From Vicugna vicugna (lineage: Eukaryota): DNA of 64,000 bases. Positions 23,331 to 36,870 of the stretch are shown piece after piece. How positions within the stretch are numbered: the first letter of the stretch is position 1; each line of letters begins with the position of its first letter. The stretch spans positions 1,488,001 to 1,552,000 of the forward strand of contig MU058919.1 of the NCBI GenBank assembly GCA_013265495.1. Direction: 5' to 3'. A program made the position numbers and the translations under genes. Below the pieces are notes generated by a model, which saw nothing but the letters and a program-made list of their open reading frames with translations, ran no database searches and was not told where the DNA came from.

Positions 23331-26300
23331 CTCCCCGGCTGCTCTTGGGGAGGAGTGAAGACGGAAGGCTCAGAAGACGAGGCCGGACTGCGAATGTTGG
23401 ACTCTTCAGGGATGGCTGGCAGTCTGGGAGGATGGGTCCCCTTCAGACCGTCACCCCATCCTCAGAGGCAGAGGGTCTCTGGAAGGAATAGGACCCACTC
23501 CAACATCAGCCCAGAAAAGCCTGGCCCCTCGGGTCTCTGGAACATTCTAGCATTCCTTACATGTATTCAAGGCCTCCAAACCTGCCCAGGAAGAGAGAGC
23601 AAACCTGGTGTGGGTGGGACTGGGCCAGTCTGCAGTTTCACAGACCTGCTCCAGGCTGATGTATTGCTGGGTAAATTTACCACCCATGCCTACACCCAGG
23701 ATGCCCAGTGGACAGCAACCTGGAGACAGTCATAGTCAGGGGGAAGAAGGGCCCCAGGTCTGGCCACTCTCTAGCTGCCTGTCCAGGGCTCAGTCACTCT
23801 GCCTCTCTGGGCCTATTTCACCTGGGAAGCTGTGACAAGGAAAGTGACCTTGCAGAGCCGCAAGCGCGTGGCACACACTCAGCCTCAGCCAGAGATAGCC
23901 GACACTGCGACCACTAACCACAGCATGACCAAGTGGCCCCCACCCCCTCAGAAGCTCTGCCAGCAAACCAACGAGCTCCGGCTCCATGAGGGCAAATCAG
24001 AACCCCCAGAAATGGAACCCTCCCTGCACTCGCTCTTTCCTCTCCAGTGCCCTTTAGAATTCCAGGACAGCTCCTAGCCCAGCAGTGGACGAAGATGTGG
24101 GTGGCAACTCTGTTCTTTCAACGAAATGCACGTTACTTCCGGGTGACCTGCGCAGCATTCAGCAGCCCTTCTCCAAATTACCCGGGTATCCGCGCTGCTG
24201 CACGAGGTCCTCCCCCAGGAACGTCTCAGAAATGCACCACTCAAAGGTTTCTGCCACAGAGGGAGGCCAGAGGCCACCTCCCCAGGTTGCTCCAACAAGC
24301 TGGGGATGCCGGTTTCCCAGATGGCGGTGGGAAGGGGCATCTGGAGAGACTGGCAAAGCCCAGGAATTTGATCTAAGAGGGCAGGAAGCAGTGATGGAAA
24401 TGGGGTGTGGGGGATGCAGAGGAGGGGCAGCCTGGGCCGGCTTTTCCACCCAGAGCCTGCTTGGTCAGGAAGCCAGGGAGACAGAGACAGAGGGGATGGC
24501 GTGCCCAGAGTGCCTGCCCCTGAGTGGGTGAGGGTGGCCCCCACCTGGGTACCCAGAACCCGCAGAGCCTACACTCACGTTCTCTGAGCAAGAGGGAAAG
24601 GAACCACATGGCTGTCTGTCTGTGGGGCAGAAGCCAGGCCTGCCAGGCAATGACCCCAGCAGAGGTCCCCTGCTTTGGGGGCACCAGCAGAACAGTGGCC
24701 AGGCTCGGTCTCCCCAGGGGAGCCCCAGGGTGCACCGGGGCCCCGCGAGGAGGTGGGCTGAGCCGTCTGTGCAGAAACAAGCAGCTGGGGCCAGCCAGCC
24801 CAGGGGCTCCCTGGAGGCGTCCGTGTACCTTGGGCTCTGTGGCTACCCCTCTCCTGTTCTCAGCGTCTTCCTCAAGGGGATGTCTGAGACCACTGGTCCA
24901 GCTTCTTTCTTCTCTTTCAAGTTTTCAAAAAATCGAAAACTGAGAGTTACAATAAAAATCACATTAATTCTAACCAGTGCTCCTCAGGTCCTGCTGAGAG
25001 ATGCGGTCTTAGTCCCTGGGAGGGTTTCAGGGGTGGGGTGGCCCTGGTGTGGCAGTGTCCTGCCAGGCGGGCTCCCCGGAGGGGCAGTGGACAGGGCCAG
25101 CTCTGAGGGCAGACAGGTGACGGTAGATCGCGGAGGGCTTGTGCCAGGCAGTTGCTAAGATCTCCCCGAGCATCCTGAAATCCTGATTAATGGGCAAGAT
25201 GGCTCTGGGCCTTGGCAGGGGGCTCAGGCGCCGTCTCTGATGAAAAGCAGCGACGTGCACTGCTGGCAGCTGTCTGGCAAAACGCCTGTTGGCCTGGCCT
25301 CCCTGGAGGGGCTCTGGGGACACCCTGGCATTGCCCAGGAGCCGGCAGGAGAAGTGGGCCGAGAAGCCATCAGACAGTGTCACCATCCTTCCCAGCCCCC
25401 GGGGACACAGATTCAGGGATGGGGAGAACAAAGCTATCAAAGCCGTCTCAGGGGCGGAAGCCCTGCACTGCCTGTATCTCTAGGTAACTGGACGCCGCGT
25501 GGCCCAGCCCCACCTGCCCTGCATGGCACTTGAGCTGAGTGGCGCTGAGAAGGCACCTCTCCCTTGCCACTGCCCAGCCCAGAAGAATCAGATGTCCTGT
25601 CTGAGGCCAGACACGTAACAGGGCCCCAGGGGCTACAGCCACCAGGGAGGCCAAGATCTTTCTTTCACTCTAGTCAGTAGCTCTCAACCCACAACATCAC
25701 CTCCAGGTGACTGTCACGACTCAGGGGAGGTGGGAGCTATGGGCATCTGTGGGTAGAGGCAGGGATTCACGGTGTGGACAGCTCCCCTCCCTCCAACCAA
25801 GAATCATCGCATCCCAAATTTAATGGCGCTGAAGCTGAGAAACTGCTCTAGTCTCAACACCGTAGCATTTCTCCCTCCGACCTGGAGGCTTCGTTGTCCT
25901 CCTGGGCATTCGCTAGGCACCTGAGAGAGCATTCCCACCACAGCTTCAGTGCAGACTAGCTAAATCTGCTCTGGCCCCAGTGGGTTCCCCAGGTCTTTAC
26001 TGCCTGACAAGAGAGGGAGGAAGATACGCAATTTACAGCCATGCACAGAAAGAATCCTAGAACAAACGGAACCTTTCTGAGCAGCTGCCCCAAGCTGGGG
26101 CTCTCCCACTGTCGTGCCACCAATTCCTTTTCCTCCCTCGCTCCTTTTGCTTCCAGCCCTGGGCCTTTGGGATCTTAGGCCGAGAGCTGAAGACACGAGA
26201 CTGGGCTCACCAGAGACACAGGGGTTGCGGGTGACTCAGCATCCCTGCCCTCCAGCCCAGGTGGCGATGGTCACTCTCTGCGGCTCTCTCCCAAGGTCTC

Positions 26301-27879
26301 CTCCTGCTGCGGAGGGACCACCCCCTTCCCATGAACCCTGACCCCCCCTTCCTTCTGAGACGTCAGCCTGTGACACCAGGGTGATTCACACGGTTATCGG
26401 AGGCTGGAAGCAGGCACGACGGATGCCCAGGGATCCTAGGAGAACTGCTGACGTCTTTTCCCCACCGCAGACGTGCCTGTGACAAGCAGAGAGCCAAAGT
26501 CTGAAGGCACGGACGCCGTTCTCCCAAGGTCTAAAGTGAGGCCCCATCCACAGGATCCCAGGTGCCTAGGCACCCTTGGAATCAGCCCCTGGGACCACGA
26601 CAGGGTGACATGGTCAACCTCCTGGCAGGCACCAAGCCCCACCTGGGAGCCCAGAGCAGGCGGAGACCAGCCCCGCCTCTGAGGAGTCCAGTCGGGAAGG
26701 GCCGGGCGTGATGAAGGGCGCTGGGGGCGAGGTCTCGGGCACTCTGCCAAGCACTTCTGAAATACCATCTCATTTAATTTGTACCACTTCCCTGAGATAC
26801 TCAGCTTTATTATTATCAATGGGGAATTTGCGCCTCAGCAATGTGAGTGAATGGCTGGCAGAAAGCCACTGCAGGTCCCCCCTCCGAGCAGCTGCCTGGG
26901 CCGCTAGGCCGTGGCCGTTTCTCCTGCTCCTAACCCCACACCGCGACGATCAGGTGCCTCAGGACATCGAGCTGGATGCTGATGTGTCCATTCTGAGGCC
27001 TCAAATTAACTGGGGCGCCCTCTGAATGGGCAGGCCAGAGAAGGAAGGGAAGGGAATCTGCTGAGGGCCCACCAGGTGCTGGGTCCTTTACACGAACACG
27101 ACTGAGTCACCAGCCAGCTGGGAGGAACGAATGCACGTCCCCACACACTGCCATGGGAGCCCAGTGCCCCAGCTGGGGCGCAGCAGAGCAGGGGGAAGGC
27201 ACCCACGGCCACCCTGGCACCTGGCTGCAAGTGCCTAGGGAGACCCGGGATGCGCCCAGGAAGTGCCTCCGCACTCCTGAGAGACACACAGTAGGAGCTT
27301 TCAGACCCAGGGATGGTCATGGACTGGGGTCAGGGTTCCCTACTGCAGTGCCTGGACCACCAGGGAGGCAAACAAGGAGCATGCTGGTCGCTACTCAGCT
27401 ACCAGCCAGCAGGGCGATCAGGGTGGGGCGAGGGTGGGAGAGGAAGTGGGTGGGGGTGAGACAGCAGCACCAGGAAGTGCACGGGAGCCCTGCCTGTGAA
27501 GCCGCCCCCAGACTCCTGCCTTCTCTCCTCATGTTGAGGATCCACTCGTCTCTGCAGGACACGATGGCACACGCTTCCTCCTCGAGAAAGCCCTCTTTCT
27601 GGGAGCACTGGGGCCATCGAAGCTTCTGGGAAGCAAAGATGCTGAAAACTCTGGAAATGCTTGCAGGAAACCCCCGAGTTTGAGAGCATGGGCCAAGGCA
27701 CAGCAAAGGCCCCAGCCTGGGGCAGGAAACCTCCAAAACGGAGAGGGGCGGATGGGTATGGCTGCCCCCAGACCAGCGTGCCCAGCACCCACAAGCCCAT
27801 GGTCTCCGTGGAGAGGAGAGCCTGGGGGAGGTGGGTCCAAGGGGAGGGTGGCTGAGCGTCAGCCTGCTGTGTCTTGGCC

Positions 27880-28665
27880 TGGCTCTACACCACCTGCTAT
27901 GAAGTCATCACCCAGCTCCTCTCCCCTTGGAGCCTCCATCTCCCCATCTGTGAAATGGCAGTAATAGTCTCTGGCCAGCTCACCTGGTGGGATTGCCACA
28001 AGACCTCAAGGGTAATTGTCACGAGGCTTCGGTAGGGAGAGGCCACTAACACAGGGACAGTGGAGACCTCGACTGCACCCCCACCAGTGACAAGCCTGGA
28101 AACGTGCTCTTCTTATCCTCACTTTGCAGATGAGCAGGCAGGCTCAGAGAGGCTAAGTAAGTTGCCCGAGGTCCTAGAGCTGAAAGTCGCACTAGCAGAA
28201 CTCGGGCGCAGCCACCTGCCCCGCCTGCTCAGGGCTCCTCTAGCCGCAAAGAGGCCTGGCAAGGATTAGCCGTCGTGGGAAGCTGCCCTGGGAAGAGAGA
28301 GCAGCATCCCAGCCCTTGAGGAATGTGCAGCGTCACTGCAGAGGCCAGTGGAAAGTGCTCGCCACAACAAGAGAGGAACTTGGAGGCTCAGGGCGCGGGC
28401 CTGGGAGACAGGATGAGACCAGCGGGCGATGAGAGCCCAGCCCTGCCAACTTGCAGGAACAGCTGCAGGCCCGCTGCGGAAGGTGCCAAGGCGGGGAGGG
28501 CAGACAACAGAGCGATGGAGGACCAGGGGCTAGTCACCGCCCTGTCACCAACTGACTCACTATGTGACCCCGGGCAAAGAGCTCTCCTCTCTGGGCCTCA
28601 GTTCCCCCAGATGCACAAGGACAGGATTAGATGAAGGTCCCTTCAAGTTCCGAGAATTATGGGTG
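27880..28665. mobile_element. MIR cluster (plus ~27880-28030, minus ~28105-28200, plus ~28545-28665)
   Basis: MIR cores ccccatctgtgaaatgg, tttgcagatgagcaggcaggctcagagaggctaagtaagttgccc and ctctgggcctcagttcccc. Confidence 0.7.
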
Positions 28666-29359
28666 CCAGCTAGAACCTTCTGCATCTCTTCATCCTCAAA
28701 ACTGGGAGCAAAGAAAGCTGCCCTGATTATTGGAAGTTTTCATGCTGTCTTCCTAGAGGAAAAACCGTCGTCTCAGTAGACATCAGCACACTGCCCTCAG
28801 CAGAGGTCCCTGCATTGTTCCTGGACCGACCTGGCACCCTCTGACCACCCACCTGACCAACCACGACAGGGGGATGGGTGGAGAGGGTGCTGCCCGGCAC
28901 GTTGGCCCCGGCATCAAAGGCAGCGGTGGGAAGCGGAAAACACGATCCCGGCCAGCCCCTCCTCCACGTGAGTCAGCAGCTGTTTCTCCCAACATGTTTT
29001 TCCTCCAGAGCATACCATGGGGTACTGCCAAAATCCCAACAACTGCACAGATTTGGACAATGCCAGCTCTAAACAAACCTCCAAATTAAGCCTGAGCCCA
29101 TGTTCACACAACTGTGCGAAGGACGCCTGCTGTGAGCAGTGCCCAACTGGAAGACGGCAGGATTCCCGACCAGATAGCTGCCCCCTCGAGCTCGGTCTGA
29201 CAGCGTGGCACTCTCCTGGCCCTTGGTCTGCGCAGGGAGTGTGCACTTTATTCCCCCTGTTCCTTCCAGCTCCGAAAGCAACCCACATTTACCGAATGCA
29301 TATTTGCCCCATGAACGATGCTGTGCATCTCCAGTCCTCACGATGCCTCCACTAGTTTA

Positions 29360-29495
29360 GCCCCATTTTTCAAGAAAAACAAACAAAGCCAAAACCAAAC
29401 CAAACCAAAAAAACCAAAAAAAAAAAAAAAAAAAACAAAAACCCCCGAGGCCCAGAGAAGTTACTTGCCCAGGACCATGCAGCCAGTGGACGACA
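29360..29495 (-). mobile_element. MIR fragment interrupted by an A-rich expansion (29372-29441, includes A20)
   Basis: ccccattttt|A-rich|gaggcccagagaagttacttgcccagg: the two halves of a reversed MIR core flank the A tract. Confidence 0.65.
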
Positions 29496-29951
29496 GAGAT
29501 GGGGATGACCCCTACGCTAGCTCTTTCTCCTCTGTGCGCTCAGGTCTCCAGTCACCTTCTGAGATATTTATAGCATTAAAAGCTAAAGTCATAACAAGAC
29601 GATTTGGCGACGTGTGCAGATGACATAATTATCTACCAGATGACTTTTCTCCCTAACGGAGCCAGGATATTTTATTCTTAGTAATATAATTAGGTATAGG
29701 ATAATTTTAAGATAGTGTAGGCTCTGCCTTGCTCCCAGAGTAAGTGCTAAGAAGACAGCCAGTAACACTGGGGCCTCTCCCTATAAGGAAGAACTTTCCA
29801 CCAGTTGAAACAGGCCAAAGGTGAGTCTTCTTGAAGGGGCAGAAGCCCAGGTCATTGTAGTACACGAGAGGTGAGAGGTGTCCTCCACTACAATTCACAG
29901 AGCCAGGCATGAGGCTGTCCTCTAAGTGTCCTGACTGGACTCTGTATGCTA

Positions 29952-30256
29952 GATGATGATCAAGAAGGTGATGGTGGTGTTGCTAATGGTGATGAAGGTG
30001 ATGGTGGTGATGATAAAGCTGATGAAGAAGGTGATGGTGGTGATAATGCTGATGAAGAAGGTGATGGTGGTGATGATAATGCTGATGATGAAGGTGATGG
30101 TGGTGATGATAATGGTGATGATGAAGGTGACGGTGGTGATGATAATGCTGATGACGAAGGTGATGGTGGTGGTGGTGCTAACGGGGATGATGAGGGTGAC
30201 GGTGGTGGTGGTGGTGATGGCAGTGATGATGAAGGTGACCACAAGGGTGGTGATAA
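29952..30256 (+). repeat. Degenerate GAT/GGT triplet minisatellite with a ~33-nt period (9 units start GAAGGTGA/GAGGGTGA)
   Basis: Consensus unit GAAGGTGATGGTGGTGATGATAATGCTGATGAT; unit lengths 30-39 nt. Confidence 0.95.
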
Positions 30257-30465
30257 CTGCCGGCAGCAGCTACCATCTGCTGAGCATCCACAGTGTGGCC
30301 AGATGTGCTAGATGCTTTTCACGCTTTGGCTTATGTGATCTTCACACCAGCCCTGCGAGGTAAGTTATCATCCCCATTTCCAAATGAGGAAACTCAGGCT
30401 CAGAGTGGTTACCTGGCCAGAGAGTGGTGAGCCTGAGATTCAAACGCTGGTCCACTGAATTCCAA
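30257..30465 (-). mobile_element. MIR (long fragment including the 3' tail)
   Basis: agctaccatctgctgagcatccacagtgtggccag...atccccatttccaaatgaggaaactcaggctcagag...gagattcaaac. Confidence 0.85.
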
Positions 30466-31619
30466 AAGCACTGTTCCTCTTCTACCTCATGTCTCCCCAA
30501 GGGGCCTACTCTAGATGAGGAAACATTTCTTCTGCTGATGGCCAGTTTGCAGCCTCTATCTCCACAGTACAAACATCCCCAGTTCCCCTATCAAGTCAGC
30601 CTCCCTCAGCCATTGGTGTTTGTTTTAAGAGGTAGAGGCTCATCTGAAAGGAAAGAGCTCATCCTAAAGTGGACCTAGTGTGCTCCAGACCCCTCTCCTG
30701 CCCTCAGCCATGAGTGACAAGGAAGGAAGAACAGCGAGGAGTGCTGGGCTTCACGCATCTCCCTTCCCCAAGGGCTCCCCAACCTCCCTTCAGAGGCTGC
30801 TTCCCGCCCAAACCACCCCAAAGACAAAGCTGCAGCAGTTAAGGCGGCAATGAGGCAGAGCAGGCCAGCAGCACTCAGGCAGAGCACACCCTTTGTCCTT
30901 TTCGGCCAGTTTCTGTCTCTGTGCTACAGGGAGCAGAGCAAGGTCACTCCTTGGCCCACCCTTTCAGAGCCTCTGATGGTCCTGCTGTCAGCCTGCAACC
31001 AGGAGTCAAGGCCGACTGCCTAGCTCACATCCCCTGCTCCATTTCCCTCTGGCCCGAAGGGTAGGAGGCCAGGAGGGGCAGAGCAGCCTGAGGGCACCGC
31101 CTGGAGTCCTCCTGAGTATGCTGTGGCCTCCGAGCTGCACAAGACAGGCAGGGATGGAGCTGAGAAGGGCTGCCAGGTGAGCGGTACAAGGGCACAGCCG
31201 TGGCCCAGGCTTGCTCCTGACCCACAGGTCCCACGACTGGAAGCCCAGCGGCTGAACAAAAGCATAAGCCCGCAGACAGGCCCAGGGCCCAGACTGAGCA
31301 CACCACTCTCCCGCCGACTCCTCCTCTGCCTGGCCTCCCGGCGGACATCCCAGCCCAGCAGCCTCTTCGTTTCCTCCTCAGGGCAATGCCCTGCAGTCAG
31401 CTGACCTCCTGCCCTGGGGCCTAACCGCTCTGGAGCTGCCTGGTGACCCTTGCTGAAGACACCTGCTGAAGATCAGCAGATCCCTGGCTTCTCCAACACT
31501 CACACATGGTGCCTCATGCGGCCCCTGCCCACTGAGCCTGCAATGTTCGTGCCAGGCCCAGCCATCAGGATGAGCTAAGCCTGGAGGCCATTTTTTAACC
31601 CCTGGGGCCTTCGCTCACT

Positions 31620-31720
31620 GGTTCCTTTATTCATCTGCATCGATGAAGCACCTACTGTGTGCCAGGTGCTGTCCTGAGCTCCATGGACTCAGGGACCATG
31701 GTCCTTGCCCTCTAGGATCC
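31620..31720 (-). mobile_element. L2 3' fragment
   Basis: ttcctttattcat...gaagcacctactgtgtgccaggtgctgt. Confidence 0.75.
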
Positions 31721-34700
31721 CCCTTCCAAAGGATGGAAGGCTGAAGAATTTCAAACCCAGCACAATTCGGACTTATCAAGTACAGGAAGAATGAGAATTC
31801 TTAGGCTGGAGCTATTTCTCCAGGTTCTTCATCTCTAGCCCTCTATTCCAGGTAGGGCCTGAGACTTTCCCAAGTCTGTCCCTGCAGAGGGGAAGATCAA
31901 GCATTTCCCAAGTGTTTCTGCTCCACTGGTCTGAACGGAAACAGCGCTTAGAGGACTTATCACTCACACAGATTGTCCACCGGCAGCCCTGGGGGCCTGG
32001 GCAGCTCGGGGACGTGTCCTGTGCACACTGCTGCCAAGTGGCAGTGGCTGTGGCTGTGGCCTCTCTGCGGTGGGCTTTGGGGAGTTTGGAACCTGGTACA
32101 AAGCCGCCCACAAATCTGGTCCCAGACTGTTCCCCCTGGCGACAAGCTGCCGGGTGACCATGGCACAGCCACTTCTCTTTTCTGGGCCTCAATGGCTTCA
32201 CCTGCACAGTCAAGGAATCGAAGGAGGTCTGGTGTTTCTGGGCACCAGGGTTAATATCAGGAGTCCAGTGCGAGTGGGAAGGAATAGTTTGTGGTCACAC
32301 AGCTGTGGACAAACACTGTGGCGTAGGGCCGAAACTGCAGTGTTCCCCTGCCCTCCCTGGTCCCCAGCTCGGGGCCCATTTCCTCAATGTGGAGAGCAGA
32401 GGAATCCCAGGGGAACACTCCGCCACTGAGAGGAGACGTGTTCTTTCCAGCTGAGGTTTGCAGGCGAGTCCCCTGGCCTCAGGCCCCTCCTGTCCCCCTC
32501 CAGCCCACGGCTGCACACAGGCACAGGATGCCTTGTGTGGGTGTGGCCTCCACCAACCAAATACTTCCAAGGGACTGCAGATGAACAGGCTTGTCTTCCC
32601 AAGGGGCACCCAGTGCCTCAGCCAGAAGGAGACTCTGCTGGCAGCCCTAAGAGGAGCCACGAGCCCATGAAGCCAGGACAGTACTTTCCAACAGGGTCCC
32701 CGGGGCCCTGCAGAAAACTCAGCTGAAAGGAGCCTTGGGGGCTGCCTGTCTGCACCCCCAGTATCCCAAACACACTCTCCTGTTTTGCTCTTTGAAGTTA
32801 CTTTGGCTGATAATTTTTATGCCCACTTTGGGGAGTGAAGCCCCCTTCCAGCTCACAGAGGCTTCGGTGAGTTTCTCTGATGAAGCCCCAAGCTCATGGC
32901 CAGGAAAGGACATTTCCAGATTTTGTAAAGAGCTGTGCCTGAGGCCGGGGCGGCTGGCTTCCTCTAGGCCAAGAAGGGTGGGCGTGGCAAGGGCTGGCAG
33001 AAGGGCCCTGCTTGGAGACTCTGATGCTGAACAGGGGCGTCTTTGGAACCAGAGACAGCTGGGCACCCCCGGGGCCCAGGCAGCCAGGCCTCTCTCTCCA
33101 GCCTCTACTTTCGAGTGGTTCTGCCAATATAGCCAAGGATGGATGGGCTGTGGGTCCATCACTAGGGTGACAGCATCAGGCCAGGAGCCAGACAGACCTG
33201 GGCTCCAGGCCCTCTGTGCAGCCACTTCCTCATGGTGTGGCCTTGGGCAGGCCCTACCCCCGAGCCTCACTCTTCTCATGTATAAGTTGGGTCAGCAGAG
33301 CCCATCTCAGAGGGATCCCAGGAGGAAGAAACGCGACAAGGTGCGTGAATGTACTTTGTGACTCTAATGTGTAGGACGGATGGGAGGGGTCCAGGCCATG
33401 CCAGGTAGGATACCTGCTGTCCAGTTCAGGACCAGAGCCAGCTGGATTCTCCGGCTTACGTTTTTACATTCACCAGCACTGGCCAGAGGCTCAGCTGGCA
33501 AACCGCAGGGGCCAGGTTCCACCTGGCAGGCTTCTGGCAGTTCCAGTCAGCACCCTTCCCAGGCCTCAGCCTGTCAGGTCACTCTGTGGACGCAGGAAGG
33601 ATGAACGCTTAGAGCCGTTAAGGCACTCACGGGATGCCAGGCACTAGCTAGGCTGCCACATCTCCCTTATTTGGAAAGAATGGAAACTCCTGGGTGTAAT
33701 CCTAAAGAAAAAGGCTCACGTCATATCATTATCAAAGGAAATAATTAGGAAGCATTAAATGATAAACATGCTGTGAGCTAAATGCTGTGCCTGGCATCCA
33801 GCACTAAGGTGGTCAGGAAAAGATCTTGGAACAAAGGACCTGAAGCCTTGGGCCTGCCTGGCCCTCCTAACCCCTGGGTCTGAGCAGTGATGCCTTCCAC
33901 ACTGGGACCGCAACGGGGCTGCAGTGGAACACGGTCTCCGGGAAAGGGGCATTTCTGACTGGCTGCCACAAAGGCAGGACGGGAAGGAAGGGCGCTCCCG
34001 CGGCCAGGGCTCTGGTCCCTGGCAGGTGTGAGGATGGTGGTGGGGGCAGCAGGGTGGTGAGAGCTCATTTTCCACTTAGAGTAGAACAAACAGAAGCGAG
34101 TTACTGGAAGGCAGACTCCGTCTCTGAGCAGCCTGGGGGGAGAAGCTCCAGTCCGGTCACGTGCAGGAGCAGCCTCCTTCCCAACCTGGCAAAGAAGGGA
34201 TGGCAGGAACTCGCTCCCTTCCGTTACCAGTTACCAGAACGGTCAGCGCTGACAGGGCAGTGCGTTTTGGGTGGGGCTGCAGGTGGCTCAGCCTTCCTGC
34301 GGCTCTGACATGATGCTCTCCGCTCTGGACTTCCCGGGTCTGCGAGCCAGCCACGTCATAGGAGCCCTGGGTGCCCACTCCCCATTCACGGTTGGCCTGA
34401 GGAGCCACAAGGGCAGGTTCACAGCAGGTCATCTGGCTTCTTTTAAAAGGAAGACACACAGGAAGGGCACAGCGATCACTCTGCCAACAGTCAAGACTGA
34501 CATGAGCCAAAGGCCCCAAACAGAGCCCAGGTTACCTGGGCCCAAGGCGCACAGAGGTCACAGGCTTCTGGGAAACCACGTGCTTGCTGATGGCAGCACG
34601 GAATACGAGCTGCAGGGCCTGGGACTACTCCGCCAGGCCCTCAGTCCAGCCACCCACTCCTAACTGCACTGCCACCCTGAGTGCTCCCAGACAGACAGGG

Positions 34701-36429
34701 TGGGCTGCCCACCATGACCTGTCGTGTTTACGTGACAGGGCTGCTGAGAAACTCAAGGACAGTCAGCCCCCATCTCGTGCCCACACCCCAGGACCATCCC
34801 ATGGTGACACCCCCGCCCCCTGCCCCGACAGATAGCCCAGTCTGAGGCTGGGAGTCTCCATATGAGTCCAGGGTTTGTACCAAGACCCTCTGGGCTGGTG
34901 AGGGGCCCAAAAGTCACTAGGATGTCAATAGGAAAACGATGGGCTCCTTGAACTTGACACCTTCCCCCACCAAGATGTTCCCTCCCATAGACTTTGAGGA
35001 CAGTATTGCAGGACACCAGCTGGTGAGGAGAGGGAGCAGGGACTCTGGGAGACGGCCCCTCCTTGGAGGCACCTGGCCACTCTAGGTGATGACCGCCACC
35101 CAGGGTACCGCTTAGCAGTGCAAGTGCCTGACCCCGTCTCCCCAGCCCCAGCCAACACGGCCAGCCTCTGGGGTCTCTCAAGCCCCCTCCCCATGGGAGG
35201 TCTTTTTGTCCTCTCTCCCCTGTTGCCCAAACTTCTGGTCTTCCGAGCATGACTCTGACGTGGTCTCCCTGCTCCTGCTGACTCTGTGTCTGCCCACACA
35301 AAGGGAAGCTTCCGGAGAGCAGGGCCTGTGGCCATCCTGCCCCACACATATCCTCAGTGCTGAGAGCAGTGCCTGCACACAGTAGGTACACACTGAACAG
35401 CAGTGGCCCCAGAATGAATAGGATCCATCTGGATGAAGGGAATGGGGTCTTGCATCTGTTTTTCCTACTCTACAGCACCAGCACTTAGTAGGTCCTCAAA
35501 GAAGGTTGCTGGATTGAACAGGAGGTGACAGAGAGCCCCCCGGACACGGGCCCTACACGGGAACAGAACAAATTAGGGAGGAAGCCAGCCTCTGCCTTGG
35601 CACAGGGCGAGGCCTGAGAACCGGGGACGCCGACACTGGAGGCGGCGCTTTCGGGTTTTCTGACATCAAATGCACACCCTGGCTGTGCAGGGCCGGCGCG
35701 GGAGCACAACAGGCCCCAGAAATCAGTGTGTCCTGCGTGAGCACGGGGGCCATGGTGGGTGTGCATGCGTTCCTGGGCCTTAAAATGGAATGGTTCATGT
35801 ACAGAAAATGATGTAGCTGGACCAGCTCCCTGGACTCATGCGCAAACTATTCATAAAGAACAAAACCAAAACAAAGGCAGGGCCCTGCCCACCGGCAATC
35901 CTGCTCCAAGTCCGTGGTACAGGGCTGATATTGGAAATGACTCTCTTGCTTGGACTGGCTGCAAACATCTGGCCAAGTTGTGCTCGGTGCAGCCAGGCCA
36001 ACTCAGCTCCTGCACCCAGGCCAACAAGCCCCTTGAACGGACGTGGGGCTGATTAAATCATGTGAGGCGTGGTGTCCAAGCTGATGGATTGTGTTCTGTG
36101 ATGGTGAAGGGAGAACAGCATTATTACAAACTCATGATACAAGAGAATCAACCCATTCACCATAGAGTTTGGACCAAACAGCCTAAAAGAATTCAATTCT
36201 ATTTTGCATAGGGCCAAGAATTTTGTGGTAACTTTTTTTTTTTAAAACTATGTCTGCTTTTCTTATTGGATAGAGTGAAAAACCAGTGCTAAGGTCATTT
36301 TTTTTTTCATTTTAATGAGTAGTAGTTCTTTCATTTCCCTCTTTTAAAGGCATGAATTCTTATTTCTTGTTCATTCCACACATAGGGTATCTGAACCTAC
36401 AGAATCAATGGACTCCTGGCCTGGAACGG

Positions 36430-36650
36430 GTGTCAAGAGTCTCCATTCAGTGATATAGTTGTTTAGAAAAAGGACTGTAAGGATCTACACTAAACACTCA
36501 ATGATGGTATCTCTGGTGGTGGATGTCAGAGGAACTTCACTTTCCGTGTTTTCACATTTCTGAACTGTAATTTTTTTACCTTCTGAACTTTAAATTTTTC
36601 ACATGTATGCATTGATTTTGTAACCAGAAGAAACAATAAATAATGAATTT
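36430..36650 (+). mobile_element. L1ME-like 3' tail
   Basis: ggtatctctggtggtggatg...ttttcacatgtatgcattgattttgtaaccagaagaaacaataaa. Confidence 0.65.
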
Positions 36651-36689
36651 GGAAATTACTTACGTTGATATACAAGTGTTTGCCCAGTT

Positions 36690-36870
36690 TCAACAAAAAC
36701 ACTGCTATGTGCCATGAATTGAGAGCTAATATGCAATTATAACCTGATTGTGAGACACATGTCATCTCATTTAACTCTCTATTATCAACCCACTTTACAG
36801 ATGAAGAAACTGAGGCTCAGGGTCTACAGCCAGGTCTGCACCAAGTTCTGTCTTCTTCCAAAGGCCTTGC
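36690..36870 (-). mobile_element. MIR
   Basis: atctcatttaactc...cccactttacagatgaagaaactgaggctcag. Confidence 0.85.

Noticed and set aside
29946-30311. 121-aa acidic Asp/Gly protein as a real gene
   Set aside because: Arises from a triplet repeat, and its tail is MIR sequence; no promoter or splice support.
32719-35391. ORFs of 186-212 aa in mid-intron
   Set aside because: No recognisable family, overlapping in several frames, no exon structure.
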